Origin: a virus
Length of the DNA: 64,000 nt
Direction: 5' to 3' (one strand)
IMG/VR virus record: IMGVR_UViG_3300046457_000175
Span: 55,290-119,289 of that record
Below are positions 33,764 through 42,897 of this stretch, in pieces. Both the position numbers and the translations under genes were made by a program. Each line of letters starts with the position of its first letter. Positions within the stretch are counted from its first letter, which is position 1. The notes under the pieces are model-generated. The model was not told the DNA's origin, ran no database searches, and saw only the letters and a program-made list of their open reading frames with translations.

Positions 33764-33949
33764 ATGCCGTTTCGCGCTCGCGTTCTTCTCTTTCAGTTCA
33801 GCTGCATGATGGTCGCGTTCTGCGCCTGGCTGACCCACGTCGTCACCTGCATCCAGTCAGGTCGCTTCCTGCTGCTCATCGCGGGTGCCATCGCCTTTCC
33901 GATCGGCGTGATCCACGGCTGGGGCATCTGGCTCGGCTTTTGGCCGTGA
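33764..33949 (+). CDS. Two-TM membrane protein
   Basis: Hydrophobic; AAGGA RBS. Confidence 0.7.
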   Translation: MPFRARVLLFQFSCMMVAFCAWLTHVVTCIQSGRFLLLIAGAIAFPIGVIHGWGIWLGFWP

Positions 33950-34086
33950 TTAGCTGGGACGCAATACTCATCGTTGCCGCCATCATCGCCGCGTCGGCGA
34001 TCATCTCCAACACCATCGAGAACGTCGTGTGCGACTTCGCCGAAGACCTCTTCGAGCGATGGGACGCCATGGATGACGAGGACTGA
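33946..34086 (+). CDS. Membrane microprotein (46 aa)
   Basis: GTGA overlap; MISWDAILIVAAIIAASAIIS, acidic tail. Confidence 0.55.
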   Translation: MISWDAILIVAAIIAASAIISNTIENVVCDFAEDLFERWDAMDDED

Positions 34087-34180
34087 ATGCCGTTTCCCTT
34101 CTGCTTCCTGATGTTCAGCTATGCCATCTGGCAGGCGTCCATCGAGCGGGCTTTCGATTTGAACCCGTTCGAGGTGCGCT

Positions 34181-34264
34181 ATGAGGACAAGAACCTTTGA
34201 TCTAGTCCTGGTGCCCGTGCTGTTCGTCATCTTCCTCGTTGCGATGGCGCACCTCTTTACCTGA
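34181..34264 (+). CDS. Membrane microprotein (27 aa)
   Basis: GAGGTG RBS; MRTRTFDLVLVPVLFVIFLVAMAHLFT. Confidence 0.5.
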   Translation: MRTRTFDLVLVPVLFVIFLVAMAHLFT

Positions 34265-34299
34265 CGACCAGCCGGCTCCCAAAAAACCCGAGCACGAAA

Positions 34300-34782
34300 A
34301 TGAAGGCTCTCAAAGCACTGGCCCTTGCGGGCCTGGTGATGATCTCTGCTGTGTCGCCATCACACGCACTGGTCATCACAGACGATCCCGGCGGTGTCAT
34401 CGTCAACTTCGTCAAGAAGTATGCAGACATCCGAGACAGCGGAGAGAAGGTTGTTGTCGACGGCGAGTGCGACTCGTCCTGCACGCTCTTCCTCGGCCTC
34501 GTTCCGCCGAAGAATTATTGCATCACGCTGAATGCGAAGCTTGGCTTCCACACGGCGTCGCTCAAGGTGCCTCAGTCGGATGGCACCGCCAAATACACTC
34601 ACGCCGCCGAGTTCTCGGAGCTGATGTGGAACATCTACCCCGGCAACATCCGCGCGCTCATCAAGCGCATCGGCTGGAACGGTGACGATCCCAACCTCGC
34701 GCACCCGCAGATCGTCTACGTCGGCCCTCGCCAGTTGCACAAGGCCGGCGTGCGTTACTGCGAACCGGGAGACTTATCGTGA
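34300..34782 (+). CDS. Secreted protein, ClpP/crotonase-like, resembling Rhizobiales periplasmic proteins
   Basis: Signal peptide; DPGG...VVVDG.C.SSCTL.LG...LGFH.A. Confidence 0.65.
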   Translation: MKALKALALAGLVMISAVSPSHALVITDDPGGVIVNFVKKYADIRDSGEKVVVDGECDSSCTLFLGLVPPKNYCITLNAKLGFHTASLKVPQSDGTAKYTHAAEFSELMWNIYPGNIRALIKRIGWNGDDPNLAHPQIVYVGPRQLHKAGVRYCEPGDLS

Positions 34783-35129
34783 GCCGGAAGCTGCGTGATC
34801 GAACCAAGCTTCCGAAGATCATCAAGATCGGGGTCCACGAGTACGAACTGATCCACCTTGATCCAGTCGTGGCGGAAGAGAAGGAGGTCTTCGGCCTCTG
34901 CAACCGCATGACGCTGAAAATCTCAGTCCGGTCAGATCTGCCGGACTCTTCGTTCGCCGAGACCCTTGAACACGAGATCAACCATGGCTGCTGGCATGCA
35001 GCCTCTCTCGGTGACGAAGAGACGGAAGAAGAAGTCGTCCTCCGTCTGACGCCCATCATGATCATGGCGCGCCGCGACAACCCGGAAATCTACGCCTGGA
35101 TCGACCGGGCTATCGCCCAGAAAGACTGA
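34779..35129 (+). CDS. HExxH putative metalloprotease-like phage protein
   Basis: TLEHEINHGCW. Confidence 0.6.
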   Translation: MSRKLRDRTKLPKIIKIGVHEYELIHLDPVVAEEKEVFGLCNRMTLKISVRSDLPDSSFAETLEHEINHGCWHAASLGDEETEEEVVLRLTPIMIMARRDNPEIYAWIDRAIAQKD

Positions 35130-35131
35130 CC

Positions 35132-35395
35132 ATGCTCAACGCAATGGTTGCCGCCACCAAGCGGCAAGCAGAGGCGATGATTGCCCTGCTCAAACTCAAC
35201 CCGCACGAATGGCAGGCCGTCACGTACGGCCAGCCGATCAAGCAACTCTTCGGCCACGCCAAACTCATCCGCCCAAGCGAGGGCGTCGAGAAGTCGCACT
35301 GCGACTGGGTGTTGGGGAGTCTCGTCCCAAACCTGTGCCTGACGGTGACCACGGTGCCCCCGCACTGGAAGATCCCGCAAGAGCACGTCGACTAA
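35132..35395 (+). CDS. Hypothetical protein
   Basis: ORF track, in operon. Confidence 0.6.
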   Translation: MLNAMVAATKRQAEAMIALLKLNPHEWQAVTYGQPIKQLFGHAKLIRPSEGVEKSHCDWVLGSLVPNLCLTVTTVPPHWKIPQEHVD

Positions 35396-35417
35396 TCAAA
35401 AAAAAGAAAGAACAGAC

Positions 35418-36710
35418 GTGACCAGCAAAGCTCGCGACCTCGTCAAGCGGCTCGGCCGCCTTGGCGTTCCTACCAACTTGCGCCGTCATCCGAACACTGT
35501 CGTCGCCCTCGGCGATAGCCGCGCCGCCCAGATCCATGCGGATGGCATCTTCAAGAACAAGTCCGGCTACAACCACTTCAGTGTGGGCAACGCGCTGGCC
35601 GGCAACCGCGCCATTCTTCTGAAGAATTTCGGCGTCAGCGGCGATCGCTCCGACCAGATCCTCACCCGGCTCAAGCCGGCGATCGATACTGGCGCCTACG
35701 TCCTCTACATCATCGCTGGCGTCAACGACATCGCCCAGAACTATCCGACCGCGACCACGTCCGGTGTCACCGCCTTCGCGAACATCAAGACGATGATCGA
35801 CGCTGGCGTCTCGAACGGCATGCTGCCGCTCGTCGTCCTGGATCCCGGCGCCAACAACATGACGCCGGCCCAGATCGCCCAGCTCTACATCTTGCAGGAG
35901 TTGCTGCGAGAGTACGCTGAGATCTGCCCGCACATGGTCCTCTTCGACCTGCCGTCTGCGATCTACAACATGGCCGCCACGTCGACGACTGCGCTGGCCC
36001 TGATTGGCACGATCGACGGCGTCCATGAGGGCAGCCTTGGCGGCTATCTCGGCGGGAAGTTGTTCGCCCAGATCTTGATGGCGATCATGCCCCCGCGACC
36101 GCACGGCTTCCGCAGTGCTGTCGAGAACCCGACCACCTCGCTCATCAACCTGACCGCCAATCCGATGTTCACGGGCGGAGAGACCGGCACGGTCGGCACT
36201 GGGTTCACCGGCAAGATCGCGACAAGCTTCGTCGGCGCTCGATCTGGCGCGGCGACTGCTGTCGGATCTGTGGCGCTGTCCAATGACGGCTCCGGTCTCT
36301 GGGAGCAAGTGCTGCAGTGTACGTTCGCGGCGGCCGGCGACGAGGTCAACCTCCACCAGGATATCCCGACCACTCTTTGGAACGCGGGCGATGTCCTTCA
36401 GTCTCACGCGGAAGTCGTCGTCGACGCCGGCAGTGTGAACCTCTGTGGTGCCTACCTCTACCTGCAGGCTAACGGCACGATTGGCGGTTCGAGCGTCGCT
36501 ACCACCGCGATGGACGGTTACGTCAACGGCACGCAGCATGGTGTCACGACCACCGAGGGCTTCAAGCTCAACTACTCGACCGAGAAGCTCTTGGTTCCGA
36601 ACTACGACGTGAAGAGCTGGGTCACCGCCCATGTCAAGGTCGTCGGCGCTGGCATTGGGTCGGCAACCGTCCGTGTTCGACGCTTCGGTGTCCGCAAGCG
36701 GTTCGCCTAA
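35418..36710 (+). CDS. SGNH/GDSL hydrolase (polysaccharide deacetylase-like) with C-terminal beta-sandwich
   Basis: ALGDSR, GVSGD, AGVND, DGVH blocks. Confidence 0.85.
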   Translation: MTSKARDLVKRLGRLGVPTNLRRHPNTVVALGDSRAAQIHADGIFKNKSGYNHFSVGNALAGNRAILLKNFGVSGDRSDQILTRLKPAIDTGAYVLYIIAGVNDIAQNYPTATTSGVTAFANIKTMIDAGVSNGMLPLVVLDPGANNMTPAQIAQLYILQELLREYAEICPHMVLFDLPSAIYNMAATSTTALALIGTIDGVHEGSLGGYLGGKLFAQILMAIMPPRPHGFRSAVENPTTSLINLTANPMFTGGETGTVGTGFTGKIATSFVGARSGAATAVGSVALSNDGSGLWEQVLQCTFAAAGDEVNLHQDIPTTLWNAGDVLQSHAEVVVDAGSVNLCGAYLYLQANGTIGGSSVATTAMDGYVNGTQHGVTTTEGFKLNYSTEKLLVPNYDVKSWVTAHVKVVGAGIGSATVRVRRFGVRKRFA

Positions 36711-36713
36711 GCC

Positions 36714-36911
36714 ATGGCGAAGAAGTGGACCCGTCGCATGTGGACCGCGATGCGGATCCACGAACATAACCAAAAGCGCCGTGCGGCCATCGCGCCAACG
36801 CCACCGGTTGGGCACTTCTCACTGTACGTGAGCCCCAGCGAGGGGACGAAAGTAATCCTGCGCGGAAAGGCCACTGACGGCACCTACTTCACCCTGGTCG
36901 GGCACCAATGA
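36714..36911 (+). CDS. Small hypothetical protein
   Basis: C-terminus ILRGKATDGTYFTL similar to next gene. Confidence 0.6.
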   Translation: MAKKWTRRMWTAMRIHEHNQKRRAAIAPTPPVGHFSLYVSPSEGTKVILRGKATDGTYFTLVGHQ

Positions 36912-37183
36912 GCTCTCGATCTCGGGTGAAGCTGTCGACGCAGCTCGATCCGACGCACGCGACATATCGCAAGAAGTCGCTTGACGTCGCCTTTCGCAGT
37001 CCGGGCAGGCCGATGCAGCTGCAGTTCTACCAGCTGAAATACCCATTCCCCATCCCCGACCAGAACCCAGTCGCCCCAGTCGGGCGCGTGTTCCTGGTCG
37101 GGAGGAATGCGGACGGCTCCGCAACAATCTTCAGGGGCAAGACCTCTGACAACACCTACACGAAGATTTCAGGAAAAAAATGA
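36908..37183 (+). CDS. Small hypothetical protein
   Basis: C-terminus IFRGKTSDNTYTKI similar to previous gene. Confidence 0.6.
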   Translation: MSSRSRVKLSTQLDPTHATYRKKSLDVAFRSPGRPMQLQFYQLKYPFPIPDQNPVAPVGRVFLVGRNADGSATIFRGKTSDNTYTKISGKK

Positions 37184-40100
37184 CAGGTGAAATCGAACTG
37201 CTTCCGGTTCGCTCGCTCGACTATGTGGTCGGGCATGATGCGACCGGGCTCGCCGGTCGTCAGTGGCGCACCGACTTCCAGACCATCTACAACGCAAAGC
37301 GATATGGCGCCATCGGCGACGGCGCGGCACATCCGCTCAGCGAGCGATATGCGACGCTTTCCCTCGCGCAGGTAGACTATCCGAGGGCTACCGCTCTGAC
37401 GGAGTCGATCGATTGGCACGCTCACCAGAAGGCGATCGACGCTGCCACCTCTGATACGGGCGGTAATCTGTATACGCCTCGCGGCAAGTACATCATGTCG
37501 CCCTGTCCCGGGCCGCTGAAGTTCCCCCTTTCGAGGGACGAAGCGCTCACGGCGTACGGTTCGAACAACGCCCAGGTCAACTGGATGGGCGACGGAGATC
37601 TGGTCTCTGTCCTCCAGTGGACGCAGGACATGGGCTCGACGCCGAACTCTGCTTACGCCGTCATGTGCGGTCAGCAGGCGGGTGATCCCAGCAATTTGCA
37701 GGCTGATAGCCGGTACGGTACCACCAACGCGAACGTCAGCTCTGGTTGGTTCAGCGGTATCTCGCTGGTCGGCCCGGCTTACACGCTCCTCGGCGGTGTT
37801 CATCGAGTCGGTCAGACCGGATGCAACATGAGCGCCATCTGCTGGGCGTCTCACCGCATGCTGATCGATGTGAAGATCTCTTGGTTCTATGCCGGCCTCG
37901 ATATCGTTGGCGATCACACTGCGCTGAACCACGTTCAGCTCAATCGCAACTATTACGGCATCTATATGAACCACAACTCGCCGTACCTCTACGGCGACTT
38001 GACCATCGGCAACAAGTTCTCGAATGCCAACAATCGGTTCGCTTGTGTTGGTTTTGCCTACGGCGGCGCGATGGGTACCTGGCACATCCAGGGCCGGCCG
38101 TTCTTCGGCACCTCGCCGTTCGTCTTCTTCAAGGAGGCGACGCCGTCCAACTGGGCGTCCGGCATGCCGGTACCCCAGTCGAGCTTCCTGTCCGGACTTC
38201 AGGCCGACAGCCTGTTCACCGAGAACGTCGGCAATGCCTTCATCTGGGACGACAATATCCGCGCCTACGGATCGACCAACACCTCGACCATCGACAAGTG
38301 CAGCTTCAAGCACCTGACGCTGCCGGGCTGGAGCGATTCTCTGCGTCTGCCCGGCTACGATCGCTGCTTCATTCTCGTTTGCAACCTCAATGGCACGGTC
38401 TTTGAGAACGTGACGAAGTGGGAAGCGACGGGTTGCACCAGGCCGCTGATCGACGTCACCGGCACGATGTATGGTGAGAGCAAGATCACGGGCGATGTCG
38501 AAGCCCTGATCACGAGCGCGACCAACTCCGGCCAGGCAGTTCTTTACGCCACTGTCGCAAACGGAGGTTCAGGCCACGCCGTTGGAGACGTGCTGCCCAT
38601 CGCGGGCGGTACGCCTTATTCGGCGGCCACGGTTGCGACCCTGAAGGTGACCAGCGTCACCGCGGGCGTCATCACCGGCATCTCCGTGCTCAGCAACGGA
38701 AACTACTCCGCTTCGCCGGCAGCAACGTCGGGCCAGGGCACCAGCTCTGGAGCGGGAACCGGTGCGACCTTCAATCTGACCATGGCTGCGCAGCAGATCT
38801 TCCGCGCTTCGACCGACTCGAACCTGAAGCGCATGGTGGTCGAGCACACCCATGGTGACGGCAGCGTCGGCTGCTGGAAGGGCCGCTTCTACAGCGTCTA
38901 CAACGGCAACCCTGTTGTGGCCGGTCACGCCCTGACCGAGGTCTTCAACGGCGCCAAGCCGGCGCGCGAGAGCGACACCACCCCATTCTTGGGAATGTGC
39001 CGCATCACCGCGACCAGCCCGACCAGCGCGATCAACATCTCGACGATCGCGGCGGAGGAGGGCGAGGATCTGCCGTACTTCCCGGGTGGTCCGTCGTCAC
39101 TTCAGACGCTCCACAAGCTGACCGAGGTCGGCGGCTGTCTCGCCAACGCCCAGAACATGGGCGACGGTCGTGTGGTCGCGTATCGAACCGGCGGACAGCT
39201 GTCTGTCGGAAAGGGCTACCGCGGAACGTCGTCCATCAACGGCAGGCCGCGAACGGTCGAAATCCAGGGCGGCGTTTCCTATACGCTCGTCAGCAATGAC
39301 CGCGGCAAGATCAAGCGCCTGAACAGCGCATCGGTGCAGGTCGCAGGTGGCGGCTTGGGATCTGGTGGAACCGGTCATTCGGCCGGAGACATTCTGACTG
39401 TTGTCGGAGGCACGCTTGCTTCTGGCGGTACGGCTGCGACCCTCGTGGTCAAGACGGTTTCTGCTGGAGTCGTGACCGAGACGGCTGTCCTCAGCCCCGG
39501 AAACTACACTGCGTTGCCTGCCAACCCGGCTGCAACGACCAGCTCCGGTGCAGGAACCGGCGCAACCATCTTCCTGGTGTCGGAATCTGCTCCGATTGTC
39601 GTCACGCTGCCGTCAACCTTCCTGGCCGGTTTCGAAGCCGAGCTGTGGCAGGGCTATCTTGGCTCGGTGAGCTGGGTCGGGGCGGCCGGAGCGACAGTTA
39701 CGGCTGCGGCTGGCGTCACCTCGACCGATGGTACGAACACGTCAGTGATCGCGACCGTGGTGAACTACGGTGTCGCAGGCATCACGATCGTCAACGGCGG
39801 CAGCGGTCACGCTGTCAACGATATCGTGACGATCGGCGGCGGCCTTCTGGCTCTGAACGGCGTGGCCGCACAGGGCAAGGTGACGAGCGTCAGTGGCGGT
39901 GTGATCACCGGCATCGTTCCCTACACGATGGGCAATTACTGGACTGGACCGACCGGAACCGTCGCGCAGTCCGCGACGACTGGTTCGGGCACGGGCTTCA
40001 CCTGCACGGTGACGCTGGGCAACGAGTGGTTCATCCGCCCGTCAGCTCCGCGTCGACGGACGGTTAACAACCAGACCGCGCCCTACACGCTGCAGCTGGC

Positions 40101-40359
40101 TGACGATGCCAACACGGTCAACGTGACCGTGGCAGCCGCGGCCAAGGTCTACGTTCGTCAGGACGCTCCGGTCGGGTTCAAGGTAACGATCATCCAGGGC
40201 GGCACAGGACAGATTACGCCTGCGCTGGTCAACGGTGGCTCGATCGTGAGCTACTCGGGTCTGACGAAGACTGCCGGCCAGTACGCCAAGATCGAACTGG
40301 AAGTCTTGAGCAACCCCGGCTCCGCGCCGGTTGTCCAGATTTCCGGGCAGCTCGCCTAA
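37180..40359 (+). CDS. Tailspike/fibre-like depolymerase (beta-helix) with three inserted GGSGH repeats
   Basis: YNAKRYGAIGDG, GGNLYTPRGKY pectate-lyase-like start; G/T/S-rich repeats. Confidence 0.8.
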   Translation: MTGEIELLPVRSLDYVVGHDATGLAGRQWRTDFQTIYNAKRYGAIGDGAAHPLSERYATLSLAQVDYPRATALTESIDWHAHQKAIDAATSDTGGNLYTPRGKYIMSPCPGPLKFPLSRDEALTAYGSNNAQVNWMGDGDLVSVLQWTQDMGSTPNSAYAVMCGQQAGDPSNLQADSRYGTTNANVSSGWFSGISLVGPAYTLLGGVHRVGQTGCNMSAICWASHRMLIDVKISWFYAGLDIVGDHTALNHVQLNRNYYGIYMNHNSPYLYGDLTIGNKFSNANNRFACVGFAYGGAMGTWHIQGRPFFGTSPFVFFKEATPSNWASGMPVPQSSFLSGLQADSLFTENVGNAFIWDDNIRAYGSTNTSTIDKCSFKHLTLPGWSDSLRLPGYDRCFILVCNLNGTVFENVTKWEATGCTRPLIDVTGTMYGESKITGDVEALITSATNSGQAVLYATVANGGSGHAVGDVLPIAGGTPYSAATVATLKVTSVTAGVITGISVLSNGNYSASPAATSGQGTSSGAGTGATFNLTMAAQQIFRASTDSNLKRMVVEHTHGDGSVGCWKGRFYSVYNGNPVVAGHALTEVFNGAKPARESDTTPFLGMCRITATSPTSAINISTIAAEEGEDLPYFPGGPSSLQTLHKLTEVGGCLANAQNMGDGRVVAYRTGGQLSVGKGYRGTSSINGRPRTVEIQGGVSYTLVSNDRGKIKRLNSASVQVAGGGLGSGGTGHSAGDILTVVGGTLASGGTAATLVVKTVSAGVVTETAVLSPGNYTALPANPAATTSSGAGTGATIFLVSESAPIVVTLPSTFLAGFEAELWQGYLGSVSWVGAAGATVTAAAGVTSTDGTNTSVIATVVNYGVAGITIVNGGSGHAVNDIVTIGGGLLALNGVAAQGKVTSVSGGVITGIVPYTMGNYWTGPTGTVAQSATTGSGTGFTCTVTLGNEWFIRPSAPRRRTVNNQTAPYTLQLADDANTVNVTVAAAAKVYVRQDAPVGFKVTIIQGGTGQITPALVNGGSIVSYSGLTKTAGQYAKIELEVLSNPGSAPVVQISGQLA

Positions 40360-40364
40360 CGGCA

Positions 40365-40472
40365 ATGGCCAAGAAGCAGAAGCACGTCAAGCAGGTGTCT
40401 AAGAACACCAAGCTGACCGAGCTGCGGCTTGAGCGCAAGCGGCGACGCAAGCGCAAAGCCGCGGCCGGCTAA
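40365..40472 (+). CDS. Very basic microprotein (35 aa)
   Basis: Own translation MAKKQKHVKQVSKNTKLTELRLERKRRRKRKAAAG. Confidence 0.5.
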   Translation: MAKKQKHVKQVSKNTKLTELRLERKRRRKRKAAAG

Positions 40473-40651
40473 CCACACCATCCCGGAGTACAGAACAGGG
40501 AGCAGGGTAATGAAGCCCTGACCGTCTGCTAGGCCCGGTTGCCAGCGGGGAGTTTCCCTCCTTTCCTTCCCGCTGGCGCCCGACGACAAATCAGCAAGCT
40601 GCAAAACGTCGGGCCACTTTTCATTTCACATGCACGAAAGGCCCAGGGCCA

Positions 40652-41218
40652 ATGAAACTCCAATACCTCATCACTCCTGTTGCAGGTCCATCCATTGCCA
40701 ATCGCTGGATCTTCTCGATCCTGAAGGACGCCGAGGGGAAGCGCCGCATCAGCTTGCTGCCAGAAGTGGCGCAGGATTACGTCGATCGTGGCTGGCTTGT
40801 TCTCGATGACGCTTCTCCGCCCGTTGTCATCCCCCCGGCAGAGCAGGCTCCGGAATACGACTTCAAGGGATCGACCGTCCGGAACGCGCGACCGCCGATC
40901 AATCGCTACTCCGCAAACCACACCTTGGCGAGTCCGACTGTCGGATCGGACAAGGGCGCCATACTCATCTTCAACAGCGCCTCGGCTGTTGTCGCCACTC
41001 TCCCGAAGGATTGGAAAGAGGGCGACGGGTGCGTCATCCGCCGCGCCGGGGCCGGCGATGTTTCCTTCGCGCTTGAGAGCGGAGCCACCAAGGTTCTTCC
41101 AGCGTCCCGGAGCGCACACACCAAGGTCGCCGAGCAGCATGGCGAGGTGATGGTTCGCGTCCTCGGCAACGCGGACGGCGCCTCTGCAGTTTGGTCCATC
41201 GAAGGGGCGACGGCATGA
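40652..41218 (+). CDS. Virion accessory protein sharing a domain with the tailspike C-terminus
   Basis: HTL....SDKGAILIFNSASAVVATLP...VIRRAGAGDVSF resembles YTL..DDANTV..T...VTIIQGGTGQIT. Confidence 0.7.
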   Translation: MKLQYLITPVAGPSIANRWIFSILKDAEGKRRISLLPEVAQDYVDRGWLVLDDASPPVVIPPAEQAPEYDFKGSTVRNARPPINRYSANHTLASPTVGSDKGAILIFNSASAVVATLPKDWKEGDGCVIRRAGAGDVSFALESGATKVLPASRSAHTKVAEQHGEVMVRVLGNADGASAVWSIEGATA

Positions 41219-42345
41219 TCATCTTGCCGAACTTTGGGATATCCCGGAGCGCAGGCAATCTGGCACCGGCTGTCGCACTCACCTACATGACGCGCCTACA
41301 GGACAGCCCGGCTGCGCCGTCCGTCAACCTGGATATCGTGGGGAACTATCTCTACACGATCAACCAGAACAAGAAGCTGCTGATCTATGATCTCTCGACG
41401 CCGGCAAACCCGACGCTCGTGGGATCAGTGACCGACACCACTAACCTGAATGGAGCAGGCGGCGTCCGCGTCTCGCCGGACGGCACTCGTGCCTACGTGA
41501 GCAACGAAGCCGGCGCCTCGATGACTGTCTGGAACGTCAGCAACAAGGCTGCGCCAACGTTCGTTGCCACCCAGCGCGGCCCGACTCCCGGCACCTCGCT
41601 CGCTGGTGCATCAAACCTTCGCCTGAACGCCGCCGGCACGCTGTGCCTTGTGACTACGATCACCCGCAACTCGCTCGCTCTGATCAACGTCTCAAACCCG
41701 GCAGTTCCAACCTGGCTCGCTGAAGTGACCGGCCTCAACGGCGCCCGTGACGTCTACCTCTCGAAGGATGAGAAGACGGCGTACGTGACCTGCGACTCGT
41801 CCGGCGTCATGGGCGTGGTCGACATCACGAACCCGGCTGCTCCGGTGCTGGTCCGAACCGTCACTGACGCGGCTTACGGCACGTTTGCACGCGGCATCAC
41901 CATGAACGCGGCCGGGACCAGGCTCTACACCATGGGTCCGAGCACCGCAGGCCTTGGTTGGAAGGGTTCGATCGGCATCTGGGATATCTCGGGCGCCAAG
42001 CAGAACAGTCCAACACAAATCTCGGCGTACGTCGGCACTGCCAGCGGCACGCCCGGATATCTTGCAGGCGGTCGCGGAATGGTGCTCTCGCCTGACGAGA
42101 AGTATCTGTATGCGGCCTCCGAAGCCGGTGACAGCTTCTCGCTGTTCAACATCAGCAATGAGGCCGCAATTCAGCTCATCGAGATCAATAGGGGCGCTGT
42201 GCCTGGAACTGACCTGGACGCGGCGATGGGTCTGAAGGTCAAGGCCGGATACGCCTACATCTCGTGCTACGGGCAGGCGGCTTCTCCGGCTGGCCGCGGC
42301 ATCGCAATCGTCAAGGTGGACCCGTACTACGGGACGCCAAACTAA
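41215..42345 (+). CDS. LVIVD-repeat beta-propeller protein
   Basis: Repeated IYDLSTPANPTLVG / VWNVSNKAAPTFV / VVDITNPAAPVLV. Confidence 0.85.
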   Translation: MIILPNFGISRSAGNLAPAVALTYMTRLQDSPAAPSVNLDIVGNYLYTINQNKKLLIYDLSTPANPTLVGSVTDTTNLNGAGGVRVSPDGTRAYVSNEAGASMTVWNVSNKAAPTFVATQRGPTPGTSLAGASNLRLNAAGTLCLVTTITRNSLALINVSNPAVPTWLAEVTGLNGARDVYLSKDEKTAYVTCDSSGVMGVVDITNPAAPVLVRTVTDAAYGTFARGITMNAAGTRLYTMGPSTAGLGWKGSIGIWDISGAKQNSPTQISAYVGTASGTPGYLAGGRGMVLSPDEKYLYAASEAGDSFSLFNISNEAAIQLIEINRGAVPGTDLDAAMGLKVKAGYAYISCYGQAASPAGRGIAIVKVDPYYGTPN

Positions 42346-42351
42346 TAGGTG

Positions 42352-42639
42352 GCATACGGCTCCGGTAACGGATGTCCGCTCTAACGGGTAAGCCAGCAGT
42401 CCCGTAGTCCTCGTAATTCCGCACCCGCGCAAACCCGACTGATCCTCGGAACGCATGCGGTCGAGGCATAGGATGATCGACTTCTGGATTGGATCATCCC
42501 CACCTCAGCGCCGTCCGTAGCAGGCATCCCCAGCGACCGTAAGGGCAGGGGACCAAAGCGCGGACGGCGCGCTACTTTCCTCGGTCCAGCCAAACGTCAC
42601 CTGATGACATAGGGGTGGCTGGTTAAACAGGAGCCATGC
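42352..42639 (+). ncRNA. Candidate large structured ncRNA (about 290 nt)
   Basis: Closing helix GCAT..GGCTCC/GGAGCC-ATGC and at least four internal helices; no credible ORF. Confidence 0.55.
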
Positions 42640-42717
42640 GTCCAACCGAGCGCTCGCGCGAGCGAGCATCGCCCGTCATCGTATTCCGGTGACGGGCACC
42701 AATTCAGGAGACATCTC

Positions 42718-42897
42718 ATGGGGCGCAGAGCCCGCGGACGCTATCGATGCAAGTGCGCTCACTGCCTCGGCATCGATCGCACGAAGCTCATAAAGCGCTT
42801 CGAAGCAAAACTCGTCGAAGAGGCTCTCCTCCCCGACGAAGAGAACATCTTCGACTCCTGGTACGACTGGGAGAAACACTACGATCTGCCTGGGTAG
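42718..42897 (+). CDS. Small CxCxxC protein (59 aa), stop codon inside tRNA-Met
   Basis: CAGGAG RBS; MGRRARGRYRCKCAHCLGIDR... Confidence 0.6.
   Translation: MGRRARGRYRCKCAHCLGIDRTKLIKRFEAKLVEEALLPDEENIFDSWYDWEKHYDLPG

Noticed and set aside
42595-42630. CTGATGA as a hammerhead ribozyme core
   Set aside because: No GAAA partner or stem II/III arrangement at the required positions
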